In this document: one piece after another, positions 25,442-37,248 of the stretch | Position numbering within the stretch: the first letter of the stretch is position 1 | Layout of the letters: each line of letters starts with the position of its first letter | Origin: Hemiscyllium ocellatum | Taxonomy: Eukaryota | DNA: 64,000 bases | Assembly (NCBI RefSeq): GCF_020745735.1 | Contig: NC_083417.1 | Coordinates: 72,044,001 to 72,108,000, forward strand | Direction of reading: 5' to 3' | The notes under the pieces: generated by a model | What the model was told of the DNA's origin: nothing | The model's database searches: none | What the model saw: only the letters and a program-made list of their open reading frames with translations | Position numbers and translations under genes: made by a program

Positions 25442-27329
25442 TCTGGGCAGGGAAGATGTCTTGGAGCAGGAAGATCCAACGAAGCTCGATGGAAACATTA
25501 TTACCATCTGGGACTCCCTGATGCATTCATGTCTGAGACAACCTCAATGGGTTGGTTCTATTTAAGGCGGATCGAGGTAGTAGGTGTTGCAAGATGAGGA
25601 TGGCTCAGGTCTGATTGGTGACCAAGAGACGATCAAGTATTTTTTGCATGACGTGAAAGATTTCTAGTTGAGACAACACTTGACAAAGTTCAGTGTTGTC
25701 CGACCTATGGCAGTTGCGGATTTGGGACTGCGGCGGGGATCTGGCCCAGCAGCAGTACGAAGTTTGACAGAGGTGGTGATGAAATAGATATGCGTGCTCC
25801 GATCTTACAGTTGGAGCGGATGCTATACCCTTGCATTACTTTGCTGAGGTACAACGGGGAGAAAGGAGTGGTCAATGGTAATTGCTGGGGTTGTTATTGG
25901 CATAGTAGAGCCATGTGAGTACAGTAAACCCACCCATTCCGGGAGAATCTGATAGAATGACTGGATAATGTGGATGGAAATGAATGGGGCCTATCAATTT
26001 CAACTGCACATTGGAGGATAGGTGGAGATGAACAATGTGGTGGTCTTCTCTCTTATAATCCAAAGAGGTGACGGGAGCCTACATGGAAGGGATTCAGTGG
26101 TCAGCAGAACATTTGTGAATTTCTTTGTTTTGGTTTATTCAAAATTGAAAATTTATTCAAATTCATTTCTGATTAGTGAGGTTTAAGCATAAAATTGTTG
26201 CAAACATGCTCAGTTTTAGAAATTGGTAAGAATACAGCGCTTAGAGATATTTCCCAGTACGGAGAAATCAACCAACAGGTTTTGAGACAATTTTGAACGT
26301 AAGAGAATGGATTTGTGTTTGGGGCGCAGTGGTCAGTGAGGATGATATAATGTAAATCAAAATGGTTGTAGGAATGAAAGTTAAATCATGAGTTATTTGT
26401 GATTATTAGGATTGAAAGAGCAGGAAAGAATGGAACGAATGATTTTGTAAAGACCATGCGAGCTGGGAGAGTTAAAGGCAGGAAAATATCCAGTGACTAA
26501 TCCAAATTGGAGAGACATTGAGGACACTGCAGCATGTTTGAATTTCTTTCCCAAAGGATACCAGTGAACAAGATTTTGCATATTTTTGACAACAGTGATT
26601 AAAAAAGTCATCGCTGTATCAGCCTTTCTTCTCCATTTTGTTTCAAATTAAACTTCAGTTTCACAATCGGTCGTGGTGTAGGTGAACCCCTGTCGAACAA
26701 ATAGTGAATTAACTTGCGTAGTTACTAACCCCATGACACACCATATGGCACTGGCGGCCGATCTTATATGCAAAACGTTTGATTCAAATGCAGCAGATTT
26801 ATTCAAAGTCGTAACTGCTACTGTTCGCCACCTTCTGTTCGACACCTGTTTGATTTAACCAAGCTATGTCAACGGTAAAAGCCGCGTGAAAGCCACTTTA
26901 CTATTGAATGCAAAAAAAAGTTGGAATTGAAAGGCTGACATGATGTTCTTGTAACACATTGATTATGGTCAAAACAAAACATTTCTTCAAAGGAACTAGG
27001 GATTTACGTTCAACGTCCAGTACAGCACCAAATTCTTTCCTGTTTTGTTGATCATGTTCGCAAATCAGCACGACTTGATTACATCTTGTTATGTTCTCTA
27101 TCGCTCGAGAGGCGATTTCAGGATTCATTATTAAGAACGCTCCTCTACTAATATTTACCCTATCTTTCTTGAAAACCTTTAAACACGGTAGCATTGGTTA
27201 TCAGCGCTGTTTAGTTGTTATGTCTCAGCAATGTCATATACTCCAACTCAAGTTGTCTCAGGTATTTATTTAATCATTCTTTATCTGTTGTAGTTTAAAG
27301 AATGACGAACAATACTGCCCATGAAGAAA

Positions 27330-29660
27330 GATTAATACTCATTCTGGAAGCTCTGGTGATGGGATTACATAATCAGTTCAGATGTGGCAATGTTAGGAAT
27401 GTATGGCTCTGGGTGACCCATGCCACAATGTAAGGCGATGAGATCCGATGTTGCACATCCAGGGTGGTGACGTTGATTGTTTTCCTGTTTGTACAAATAG
27501 TGGCCTACGTGGATGAAAGTACAGTACAACTGAAAATGAGGATGGTAGTGTGGTGGTAAGCCATTTCCAAAATTTTATGTTCAGATGTGTTATATCTAAA
27601 TTATCCCTCTTCTTTGTTGCCACAATTCTGCAACTGGCCGGAAGGGCGATGAGGTCCATTTCAGGATGAGCGCAGTCTGGAAGGCGACCAGGGCAGGGAT
27701 ATAGAGTTCTTTGCCATGAGCAGTGATGCTGGGTCCATATCAGCACTCGAGGTTGCTGGAGTAAATTTCATGAAGGCAAGGCGACATGCTGAACTCTGTA
27801 ACTGACTCCCGTGATTTGTGTTACACGAATGATTTTATTTGCTGATGTTGTCTATTTCAAATTGAGTTCAACAATTACCTTCAGCAAATCATGGAGGGGA
27901 GACACAGCGATGGCAATTCATTGAATTTCAAAGGCCAGTTTTTAGATTCCGTCTTATTGGAGATGGTCATTTTCCGTCAGATTTGTTATTTGCCAGTTGT
28001 CCGGCCAGGACTGGATGCTATCAATATTTTGTTACATTTGGACGGAGACTGATTCAGTGTCTGAGAAGTGGTCGGTGGAGCTGAACTTTGCACAAACATC
28101 GCCAGTTATTCAGTATTCTGACATCAGGATGAGGGAAAGCCGAGATGACTGACTCCTGATCAGCTTCAAGATCTTTCATTGTGCGAGCTAAGACTTCAAC
28201 GAGCAGAGAGTTTTCACATAATTTCCATTTGGTTTTATTTTTATGGAACTTCTTAGAATGGCTCAGTGCTGACCTTCTCCCAAGAGCAGTTACTTTCACC
28301 TCCTCTGCGGTGTTTAATTCTTTCTGTGTTTGAAAGGAAGGCTGTAATGCAGTCAGGGTCTCTGTGGCCCTGGCGGAACCTGAAGTGGGCGTCACTGAGC
28401 AGCTTATCAGTGAGCAAGCGCTACTTCATAGCCATGTTGATGATATCTTCCAACACTGTATTGGTGACATGGAAAGTTATTTCAATTGAGTGGGCTTCTA
28501 ATACCTTTTGCGCGCATAGGCATACTGCAGATGCTTTGCCAAATTTTGACGGAGATGCCAGTGTTGCAGTCGTCCTGGATTAGTTTGGCTCGGGTTGTGA
28601 CAAGTTCTCGAACACAACTCTTCAATACGTTTGCCGGAATGGTGTCAGGTCCCATAGTCTTTGTAGTACCTATTTACTTGAAACCTATTTTCTTGACATC
28701 ACGACGAACGATACTTGTGATTTGCATTTACGATGCCGGGAAATACTTGAGGAGGCTAAGGTGGTTCATCGACCTGTTCCCGAAGATTGTTATTTCTTGC
28801 AAAGCCTTTTCTTTTTCATTTATTTGCTGTGCTTCGTATTCATTGGGATGTTTGTGGAGCTTCCACCTCCAATTACTTGTTTAATGTCAACCAATATTTA
28901 TGACTGGATGTGCCACGATTGCAGAGCTTTGATCCGATACTTTTGTTGTGGAGTTCTGTCTTCGAATTGATGTTTATGCTGCCTGACATGCAATTTGCCC
29001 TGTTTCGTAGTTTTGTCATATTTTTATCCCATATTTAGGTATTCCTGGTGCTCCTCTAGGCATTTCTTCCTGCACATTCTTTGAAATTGCATTTGATTCC
29101 CTGGCTTGAGAGTGTTGACAGAGTGGCGAATCTGCTGTGCCAAACTTTGCAGATTGGTATGAATATAATTCGATTGTTGCCGATGGCCCACAACATCTCA
29201 TGGATACCGTGCTTTCAGTTATTATACCTGTTCCAAATCTACCTCATATAGCACGATTGTGGTGCCACACAACACGAAAATGTCGATGCTCACTCAAAGA
29301 TGCGACTTCATATTCTCAAGAACAGTCAGTGGTCTCTCGTATGGATACAGTTATGGTCAGATGTATCTGTGACAGTCGGGTTGTTGAAGCTGAGGACAGT
29401 TTTGTCCCCTCTTTTTGGCACACTTCCTCCCCAAATACCGCCAACCCAGTTAACCACCTTTTGTACTCGGCCAATCTGGATAGTACTTGGACTGCCGAAC
29501 CCTCATGATGATAGACATTGAAGTTACTCGCTCAAGGTACACCCAGCACTCTTGACCCATTCACTGCTTTCTCCAAGTGCTCATCAACAGGGATTCTTGT
29601 TGACTAATCTTTCCCGGCTTGCAGGATGTCACTGTTGTCGCAGCATCTGGTCTGACATTA
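27330..29660 (-). mobile_element. Degenerate LINE (paralog of 5940-8200)
   Basis: Collinear match; a separate 3'-tail fragment lies at ~22350-22640. Confidence 0.65.
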
Positions 29661-30399
29661 AATTTTCACCTGGTTCAGAATCAGTGAAATTAAATTGTTA
29701 ATCTTGTTTAGTCTCATCGCTTCTGATCAATCGTGAGGCATCGTCAACAGCATTGGGACAGAGTGCTTTTCTAACATTTGTTTATGATATTTCAGCCTCG
29801 TCTACTCATGTGGCTGACCAAATTCTTGAGTCTGCTTGATAATGCTGAATAATGAAGCGGAGTTAACGCACTGTAATAGGTGCATTCTTGTCCCCGAGGA
29901 CACCCTAATGTCATTGATCCCTTACTATGTTTAACTAACGTCCCAGGAGAGAACAAAGGCTATCGAGATCTAAAGATGGAAATGCTCCAGAAACGCAAGA
30001 GATTTGCCATCTCCATTTGAGAGAGAAACAGAGTTGATGTTTCCTGTCTGGCATGTGACTGTTCCGGAAATCCAGTCCACAGTCAGCTTCTGAATTTATC
30101 CAGCAATGTCTCATTTTATTTTAAATTGTCACCATGCTCAGGGGTATGAGTTTATTTTATCACCCCAAAGCAAATGGAATACTATTGATCTTTGTTTTCA
30201 ACGTTTTTTAATTGTCAGTAATGACCTTTCAGTACTGCTGCTTTGGCAGAATGGTAATCATTTAATAATCGTATTGTTTTGGATGGAGCTCGAAATTGCC
30301 CACTGGTGGCATTGGAAGGCACTGTCAACAAAAAAATAGCCAGAATGCGTTTTTTTACATCTCTGGCTGATAGTTTTGCATCTTCTATAGTCACAGGTG

Positions 30400-32290
30400 A
30401 GGTTTGTTAGACTAGATGGTTGTGAAAGTTGTGCCCTTTTTCAAGAAACCCTGGGAACAAGAGACCAGTAAGCCGAACATCTGTGGTGGTACGTTACTTG
30501 AAAAGATTCTGAGGATAAGATATGCATGCATTTGTATGCATTTATATGTCATGTTGCTGTTGTACAGGACATTGGTTAGGCCACTTTTGTAATATTGCGT
30601 GCAATTCTGGTCTCCTTCTTCGGGGGCAGATGCTGTGAAACTTGGCAGGGTTGAGAAAAGATTTACAAGGATGTTGCCAAGCTTGGAGAATTGTAGCTCT
30701 CGGGAGAGGCTGTGTAGGCTGCAGCTGTTTTCCCTGGAGCGTCGGAGGCTGAGGGGTGACCTTATATAGGTTTATAACATCATGAGAGGCATGAATAGGA
30801 TAAATAGACAAAGTTTCTTCACTGGGGTTGGGCGTCGAGGACTAGAGGACATAGGTTTAGGGTGAGAGGGGAAAAATATAGAAGAGACCTAAGGGACAAC
30901 TTTTTCACAGAGAGGGTGGCAAAAGTATGGAATGTGCTACCAGTGGATGTGGTGGAAGCAAGTACAATTGCAACATTTCAAAGGCATCTGGATGGGGAAA
31001 TGAATAGGAAGGTTTTGGAGGTATAGAGGCAGGGTGCTGGCAGGCGGGAGTAGATTTGGTTGGGATATCTGGTAGGCATGGACTAGTTGTTTCCATGCTG
31101 TACATCTCAATGACTCTGTGACGGGATTGATGAGGGATAATCGACATATCTTTGTGCGTGGGAGATCCTGCCTCGTAAATATAGAGTTTTTTTTATCACG
31201 AAGTGGTCAGCAAGCGACGAGGGCGGGGTGGTAAACAGAGTCTGTATGGTTTTCTGTAAGGCGTTTGATGAGGTTTCACGTGGTAATTTGCTCTAGAAGG
31301 TCACATGGCATGGAATCCAGGGGAGCAGGCAATTTGGATACACAGTTGGCTCGATTGTAGGTAGCTGAGGGGAATAGTGGTAGGATGTTTGTCGGACGGA
31401 GGCCTGTGACGAGTGGGGTGCCTCAGAGTTCGGTGCTGTATCTATTACTGTTTGTTTTTGATATCAACGATTTGGACAGGAATGTAGAGACATGATTAGC
31501 AACTTTGTGGATGACACTAACATAGGCAGTATCGTGCACAGTGAGGAAGGTTATTAGAAATTTCAGCAGGAACTTGATCAGCTGGGATATTGGGCCAAGA
31601 AATGGCGAATGCGGTTCAGTGTAGAAAAGTGTGAGGTCTTGCATTTTGGGAAGTCAAATCAAGGTAAGAATTCCATATCGAACGATAAGACCTTAAGGAT
31701 TGTACTGCAACAGAAGGGCCTTGGAGATCAGGGGCATGGTTCTCTGCAAGTAGACAGGTAGACAGGGCAGTGAAGAAGGCTTTTGGCACACTGGCCTTCA
31801 TTAGTCAGTGCATTGAGTATAAAAGTTGTGAAATTATGTTGCAGTTATACAGGACGTTGTTGAGGTTGACTTGGCGTATTGTGTTCCAGTTTTAGTCACG
31901 TTGTTATAGGGAGGATGTTATTAAACTAGAAAGAGTGCAGAAGAAATTTGCAAGGAAGTTTCCAGGACTCAACTAACTGAATTGTTGGGAGAGGTTGGCC
32001 AAACTCGGACTTTTTACTTTATAACAAAGAAGACGAAGGGTTTTTTTGAAATGTACAAAATCAAAAGGAGCATGGATAGGTTGAATAAGCTCAGTCTTTT
32101 CCACCGGGTTGGCGAATTGCAGACTAGAGGGTATCACTTAACGCTTAGAGGGGCAAGAATAAAAGTGAACCTGAGGGCAACTTTTTTACAGAGTGTGGTA
32201 CTCATATGGAATGAAGTGACAGCAGAAGTGGTTGAGGCAGGTGCAGTAATAACATTTAAGGGGCATTTGGACAAATACATGGTTAGGCAA
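30400..32290 (+). mobile_element. Degenerate CR1 fragments (paralog)
   Basis: Collinear with 8950-10850. Confidence 0.85.
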
Positions 32291-33436
32291 ACTACAACAA
32301 ATTAAAGTTCCAACATAGTAAATAAGCAAAGAATCGGATTGCATTAAATTTTTAGACATAAATAATTGTAAATAATTTAATAGATTTTATATATTTTTGG
32401 CCTGCCGCTGTAAGACAACACTCAGTGTATTGCGTTCAATTTTGATTTCTTTACTTCCAAAATTGCTGGTTTGAAGATGTGCACTCTTTAGATTCATCCG
32501 CGATATCAGAATACTATTCTATTGAGCAAGATTTAATTCATAAATCTATATTCCCTGGCATTTAGTATAATCCAAGGCGAAATTATTGAAGGTTTAAAAA
32601 AAGAATGGCTTCATCAGCTTAATTCATGTTTCAAGCTTTGCTCTTGGATCAGATCGGAACTTGTTCTCCAAAAGACCTGCTCATTCTGGACCTGGATGAG
32701 CAGCTGTTCCTTCTCCCCTCAGTGTTGTAAGGTCTATAGAAGCTTCTACGTTAGATGAATATGATTTTCTCAGCTTAGAGGACACTTCTAAATGGCCACA
32801 TGGACCATCCTGCTCAGTTTTTTTTTCTTGTTTGAAAAGCATCTGACACATCTAATTATTGTGAAAATACCCCACAAATTCAACTATTCAGGACAGATAA
32901 GGATACATTTTTGGTTTTACTATGGGAATCAAGGAATGTGCAGGAAATGTAGAAAGATGGAATGGAGGTGATTATCAGCAAACATCCGAACAAATAGCGT
33001 AGTCCCATTCTTATTCCTGTTGATATATTGTATTAAGTGTAAACTTAATACAAAGACCTTTTTTTTTCTCTCCCCTTATTTAAACGCGGGCTCCGAGTTT
33101 TAGGCCTCAGTCTCTCGGAAGACTTCGCGACGGCTGGTGGGTAAGTTTGGTCGCTTATTTATTAGTTAAAAATTTAAAGTTTTCCTTCAAAAAAGCGGTA
33201 GCAGACCCGGAAGGCGCGCTAGGTTACCTGGGTAAGGGTTTTTTTCTCTCCCCTTATTTAAACGCGTAGGCGAGTCACCCGAGGCACTACACGAGTAGTG
33301 CCTCCCACCCTTCCACCTCCTCTAACCTAATAATAAGACCAATTGTGACTAGCGGGTAAGTGCTGCATTCTCCTTGTTTGTTTCTTTAGATTTAGTTGGT
33401 TTTTGTTTTTTTTAAGGAAAGCTTACTTTTAGAGGG

Positions 33437-34363
33437 ATGGCAGTGCAGAGAGGGCAATGTTCCTCTTGCAACATGTATGAGGTGAGGGAAGCCATTAGCG
33501 TCCCTGCTGAGTACACTTGCAAGAAGTGCACCCATCTCCAGCTCCTCCAAACCCGTGTTAGGGAACTGGAACTGGAGTTGGCTGAATTGCGGATCATTCG
33601 GGATGCAGAGGAGGTCATAGATCGGAGCTATAGGCAAGTAGTTACTCTGAAAGTTCAAGATAGATGCGTGACAGTGAGGGGGAGTGGGAGGAGGAAGCCA
33701 GTGCAGGGACCCCCTGCGGTCATTCCCCTCAAGAACAAGTATACCGTTTTGGATACTTGTGGGGGGGATGACTTACCAGGGGCAAGCAACGAGGTTCAGG
33801 CCTCTGGCACGGAGCCTGGCCCCGTTGCTCAGAAGGGTAGGGTGGAGAAAGGTAGAGCAATAGTTCTTGGGGACTCGATAGTGAGGGGTACAGACAGACG
33901 GTTTTGTGGGGGCGACAGGGACTCACGTTTGGTATGTTGCCTCCCAGGTGCAAGGGTACGTGATGTCACTGATCGTGTTTTCCGGGTCCTTAAGGGGGAG
34001 GGGGAGCAGCCCCAGATCGTGGTCCACGTTGGCACCAACGATATAGGTAGGAAGAAGGGTGAGGATGTCAGACAGGCTTTCAGGGAGCTAGGTTGGAAGC
34101 TCAGAGTTAGAACAAACAGAGTTGTAGTCTCTGGTTTGTTACCCGTGCCACGTGATAGAGAGTCGAGGAACAGGGAGAGAGAGCAGTTAAATGCGTGGCT
34201 ACAGGGATGGTGCAGGAGGGAGGGATTCCGGTTTCTGGACAACTGGGGTCCTTTCTGGGGAAGGTGGGACCTCTATAAAAAGGATGGTCTACACTTGAAC
34301 CTGAGGGGCACCAGTATCCTTGGGGGGAGGTTTGCTAGTGCTCTTTGGGAGGGTTTAAACTAA
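33437..34363 (+). CDS. CR1 ORF1p: N-terminal CxxC zinc-finger-like region, coiled coil, SGNH/GDSL esterase domain (308 aa)
   Basis: CSSC...CKKC; LELELAEL heptads; esterase blocks LGDSIVRG, VHVGTNDIG, DGLHLN. Confidence 0.92.
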   Translation: MAVQRGQCSSCNMYEVREAISVPAEYTCKKCTHLQLLQTRVRELELELAELRIIRDAEEVIDRSYRQVVTLKVQDRCVTVRGSGRRKPVQGPPAVIPLKNKYTVLDTCGGDDLPGASNEVQASGTEPGPVAQKGRVEKGRAIVLGDSIVRGTDRRFCGGDRDSRLVCCLPGARVRDVTDRVFRVLKGEGEQPQIVVHVGTNDIGRKKGEDVRQAFRELGWKLRVRTNRVVVSGLLPVPRDRESRNREREQLNAWLQGWCRREGFRFLDNWGPFWGRWDLYKKDGLHLNLRGTSILGGRFASALWEGLN

Positions 34364-37248
34364 CTCCGCGGGGGCATGGGAACCAGGACTGTAGCTTTAG
34401 GGTACAGGACCTTGAGTGTAGGGAGGTTAGGAATAATGCAGTGATCTCTAAGGAGGGTGCCTGTAACCAGAAAGGTGGATTGAAGTGTGTATACTTCAAT
34501 GCCAGAAGTATAAGGAATAAGGTAGGTGAACTTGCAGCGTGGGTTGGTACCTGGGACTTCGATGTTGTGGCCATTACAGAGACGTGGGTAGAACAGGGAC
34601 AAGAATGGCTGTTGCACGTTCCAGGGTTCAAATGTTTTAGTAGGATCAGACATGGGGGTAAAAAAGGGGGAGGCGTGGCATTACTTGTCAAAGACAGTAT
34701 CACAGCAGTGGAATGGACGATGGAAGAGGACTTGCCATCTGAGGTAGTTTGGGCTGAGGTTAGAAATAGGAAAGGTGAGGTCACCCTGTTAGGTGTTTTC
34801 TACAGGCCTCCTAATAGTCCTAGAGAAGTAGAGGATAATATTGCGAGGATGATTCAGGAAAAGAGTGAAGGTAGCAGGGTGGTTGTTATGGGGGACTTTA
34901 ACTTCCCAGATATTGACTGGGAGAGCTATAGCTCGAGTTCATTAGATGGGTCGGTGTTTGTACAATGTGTGCAGGAGGGTTTCCTGACACAATATGTCGA
35001 CAGGCCAACAAGAGGGGAGGCTATATTGGATTTGGTTCTAGGTAATGAACCAGGCCAGGTGTTAGACTTGGAGGTAGGTGAGCACTTCGGGGACAGTGAC
35101 CACAACTCGGTGACTTTTACTTTAGTGATGGAGAGGGATAATCGTGTGCCGCAGGGCAAGAGCTATAGCTGGGGGCAGGGAAATTATGATGCAGTGAGGC
35201 ATGACTTAGGATGTGTGGATTGGAAAAACAGGCTTCAAGAGAAGAACACGAATGAGATGTGGGGAGTGTTCAAGGAGCAGCTACTGCGTGTCCTCGATAG
35301 GTATGTACCAGTCAGGCATGGTGTAAAGGGCCTTGTGAGGCAGCCGTGGTTTAGTAAGGAATTGGAGTCCCTTGTGAAAGGGAAGAAGGCGGCATATGTA
35401 AAGATGAGGCGTGAAGGTTCAGTAGGGGCGATTGAGAGTTATAAGGTAGCCAGGAAGGAGCTAAAGAGGGAGCTAAGAGAAGCGAGAAGGGGACATGAAA
35501 AGTCTTTAGCTGGTAGGATTAGGGAAAACCCAAAGGCTTTCTATAGGTATGTCAAGAATAAAAGGATGACTAGGGTAGGTATCGGTCCAGTCAAGGATAG
35601 TAGTGGGAAGTTGTGTGTGGAGGCGGAGGAGATTGGAGAGACATTAAATCAGTACTTTTCATCAGTATTCACTCAGGAACAGGACACTGTTGCTGATGTG
35701 AATATGGAATCACAAATAATTAGAATGGATGCCCTGGAAATATGCAGGGAAGAGGTTTTGGGAATATTGGAAAGGATGAATATAGATAAGTCTCCTGGGC
35801 CTGATGGCATTTACCCCAGGATCCTATGGGAAGCTAGGGAGGAGATAGCAGAGCCATTGGCCTGGATTTTTATGTCGTCGTTGTCAACGGGAATAGTACC
35901 AGAGGACTGGAGGATAACGAATGTGGTCCCATTGTTCAAGAAAGGGAGTAGGGATAGCCCTAGTAACTATAGGCCAGTGAGTCTGACTTCAGTGGTGGGC
36001 AAAGTCTTAGAGAGAATGGTAAGGGATAAGATTTATGAACATCTGGGTAGGAATAACGTGATCAGGGATAGCCAGCATGGTTTTGTGAAGGGCAGGTCGT
36101 GCCTCACAAACCTTATTGAGTTCTTTGAGAAGGTGACCAAGGAAGTGGATGAGGGTAAAGCAGTAGATGTTGTGTATATGGATTTTAGTAAGGCGTTCGA
36201 TAAGGTTTCCCATGGTAGGCTAATGCTAAAACTTCGGAGGTATGGCATTGAGGATATATTAGAGGTTTGGATTAGGAATTGGCTGGCTGGAAGGAGACAG
36301 AGGGTAGTAGTTGATGGATTATGTTCATCTTGGAGCGCAGTTACTAGCGGTGTACCACAAGGATCTGTTTTGGGACCATTGCTTTTTGTTATCTTTATAA
36401 ATGATCTAGAGGAAGGACTTGAAAGCTGGGTAAGCAAGTTTGCGGATGACACAAAAGTCGGTGGAGTTGTGGATAGTGAGGAAGGAAGTGGTAGGTTACA
36501 GCGGGATATAGATAAGTTGCAGAGCTGGGCGGAAATGTGGCAAATGGAATTCAATGTAGCTAAGTGCGAAGTCGTTCACTTTGGTAGGAATAACAAGATG
36601 ATGGATTACTGGGCTAATGGTAGGCTACTTGGTAGTGTGGATGAGCAGAGGGATCGTGGTGTCCATGTACACAGATCTCTGAAAGTTGCCACCCAGGTAA
36701 ATAGTGCTGTGAGGAAGGCATATGGTGTACTGGGCTTTATTGGCAGAGGAATTGAGTTCCGGAGTCCTGAGGTCATGTTGCAGTTGTATAAGACTCTGGT
36801 GCGGCCTCATCTGGAGTATTGTGTGCAGTTTTGGTCGCCATACTATAGGAAGGATGTGGAAGCTTTAGAACGAGTGCAGAGGAGGTTTACCAGGATGTTG
36901 CCTGGAATGGTAGGAAGATCGTATGAGGAAAGGCTGAGGCACTTGGGGCTGTTCTCATTGGAGAAGAGAAGGTTTAGGGGAGATCTGATAGAAGTGTATA
37001 AGATGATTAGGGGTTTAGATAGGGTAGATACTAAGAACCTTTTACCGCTAATGGAGTCAGGTGTTACTAGGGGACATAGCTTTAAATTAATGGGTGGTAG
37101 GTATAGGACAGATGTTAGGGGTAGATTCTTCACACAGCGGGTTGTGAGTTCATGGAATGCCCTGCCCGTATCAGTGGTGAACTCTCCTTCTTTATGGTCA
37201 TTTAAGCGGGCATTGGATAGGCATTTGGAAGTTATTGGGCTAGTATAG
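34345..37248 (+). CDS. CR1 ORF2p: APE endonuclease and reverse transcriptase (~965 aa open frame)
   Basis: YFNARS, AITETW, VMGDFN, DSDH (APE); NYRPVSL, QHGF, DFSKAFD, GVPQGSVLGPLLF, FADD (RT). The first in-frame ATG lies inside the APE domain, so the true start is uncertain. Confidence 0.95.
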   Translation: MGGFKLTPRGHGNQDCSFRVQDLECREVRNNAVISKEGACNQKGGLKCVYFNARSIRNKVGELAAWVGTWDFDVVAITETWVEQGQEWLLHVPGFKCFSRIRHGGKKGGGVALLVKDSITAVEWTMEEDLPSEVVWAEVRNRKGEVTLLGVFYRPPNSPREVEDNIARMIQEKSEGSRVVVMGDFNFPDIDWESYSSSSLDGSVFVQCVQEGFLTQYVDRPTRGEAILDLVLGNEPGQVLDLEVGEHFGDSDHNSVTFTLVMERDNRVPQGKSYSWGQGNYDAVRHDLGCVDWKNRLQEKNTNEMWGVFKEQLLRVLDRYVPVRHGVKGLVRQPWFSKELESLVKGKKAAYVKMRREGSVGAIESYKVARKELKRELREARRGHEKSLAGRIRENPKAFYRYVKNKRMTRVGIGPVKDSSGKLCVEAEEIGETLNQYFSSVFTQEQDTVADVNMESQIIRMDALEICREEVLGILERMNIDKSPGPDGIYPRILWEAREEIAEPLAWIFMSSLSTGIVPEDWRITNVVPLFKKGSRDSPSNYRPVSLTSVVGKVLERMVRDKIYEHLGRNNVIRDSQHGFVKGRSCLTNLIEFFEKVTKEVDEGKAVDVVYMDFSKAFDKVSHGRLMLKLRRYGIEDILEVWIRNWLAGRRQRVVVDGLCSSWSAVTSGVPQGSVLGPLLFVIFINDLEEGLESWVSKFADDTKVGGVVDSEEGSGRLQRDIDKLQSWAEMWQMEFNVAKCEVVHFGRNNKMMDYWANGRLLGSVDEQRDRGVHVHRSLKVATQVNSAVRKAYGVLGFIGRGIEFRSPEVMLQLYKTLVRPHLEYCVQFWSPYYRKDVEALERVQRRFTRMLPGMVGRSYEERLRHLGLFSLEKRRFRGDLIEVYKMIRGLDRVDTKNLLPLMESGVTRGHSFKLMGGRYRTDVRGRFFTQRVVSSWNALPVSVVNSPSLWSFKRALDRHLEVIGLV
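34354..34360 (+). promoter_or_regulatory. Candidate -1 ribosomal frameshift heptamer U_UUA_AAC at the ORF1/ORF2 junction
   Basis: X_XXY_YYZ in the ORF1 frame directly before the ORF1 TAA; ORF2 is in the -1 frame. Confidence 0.55.
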
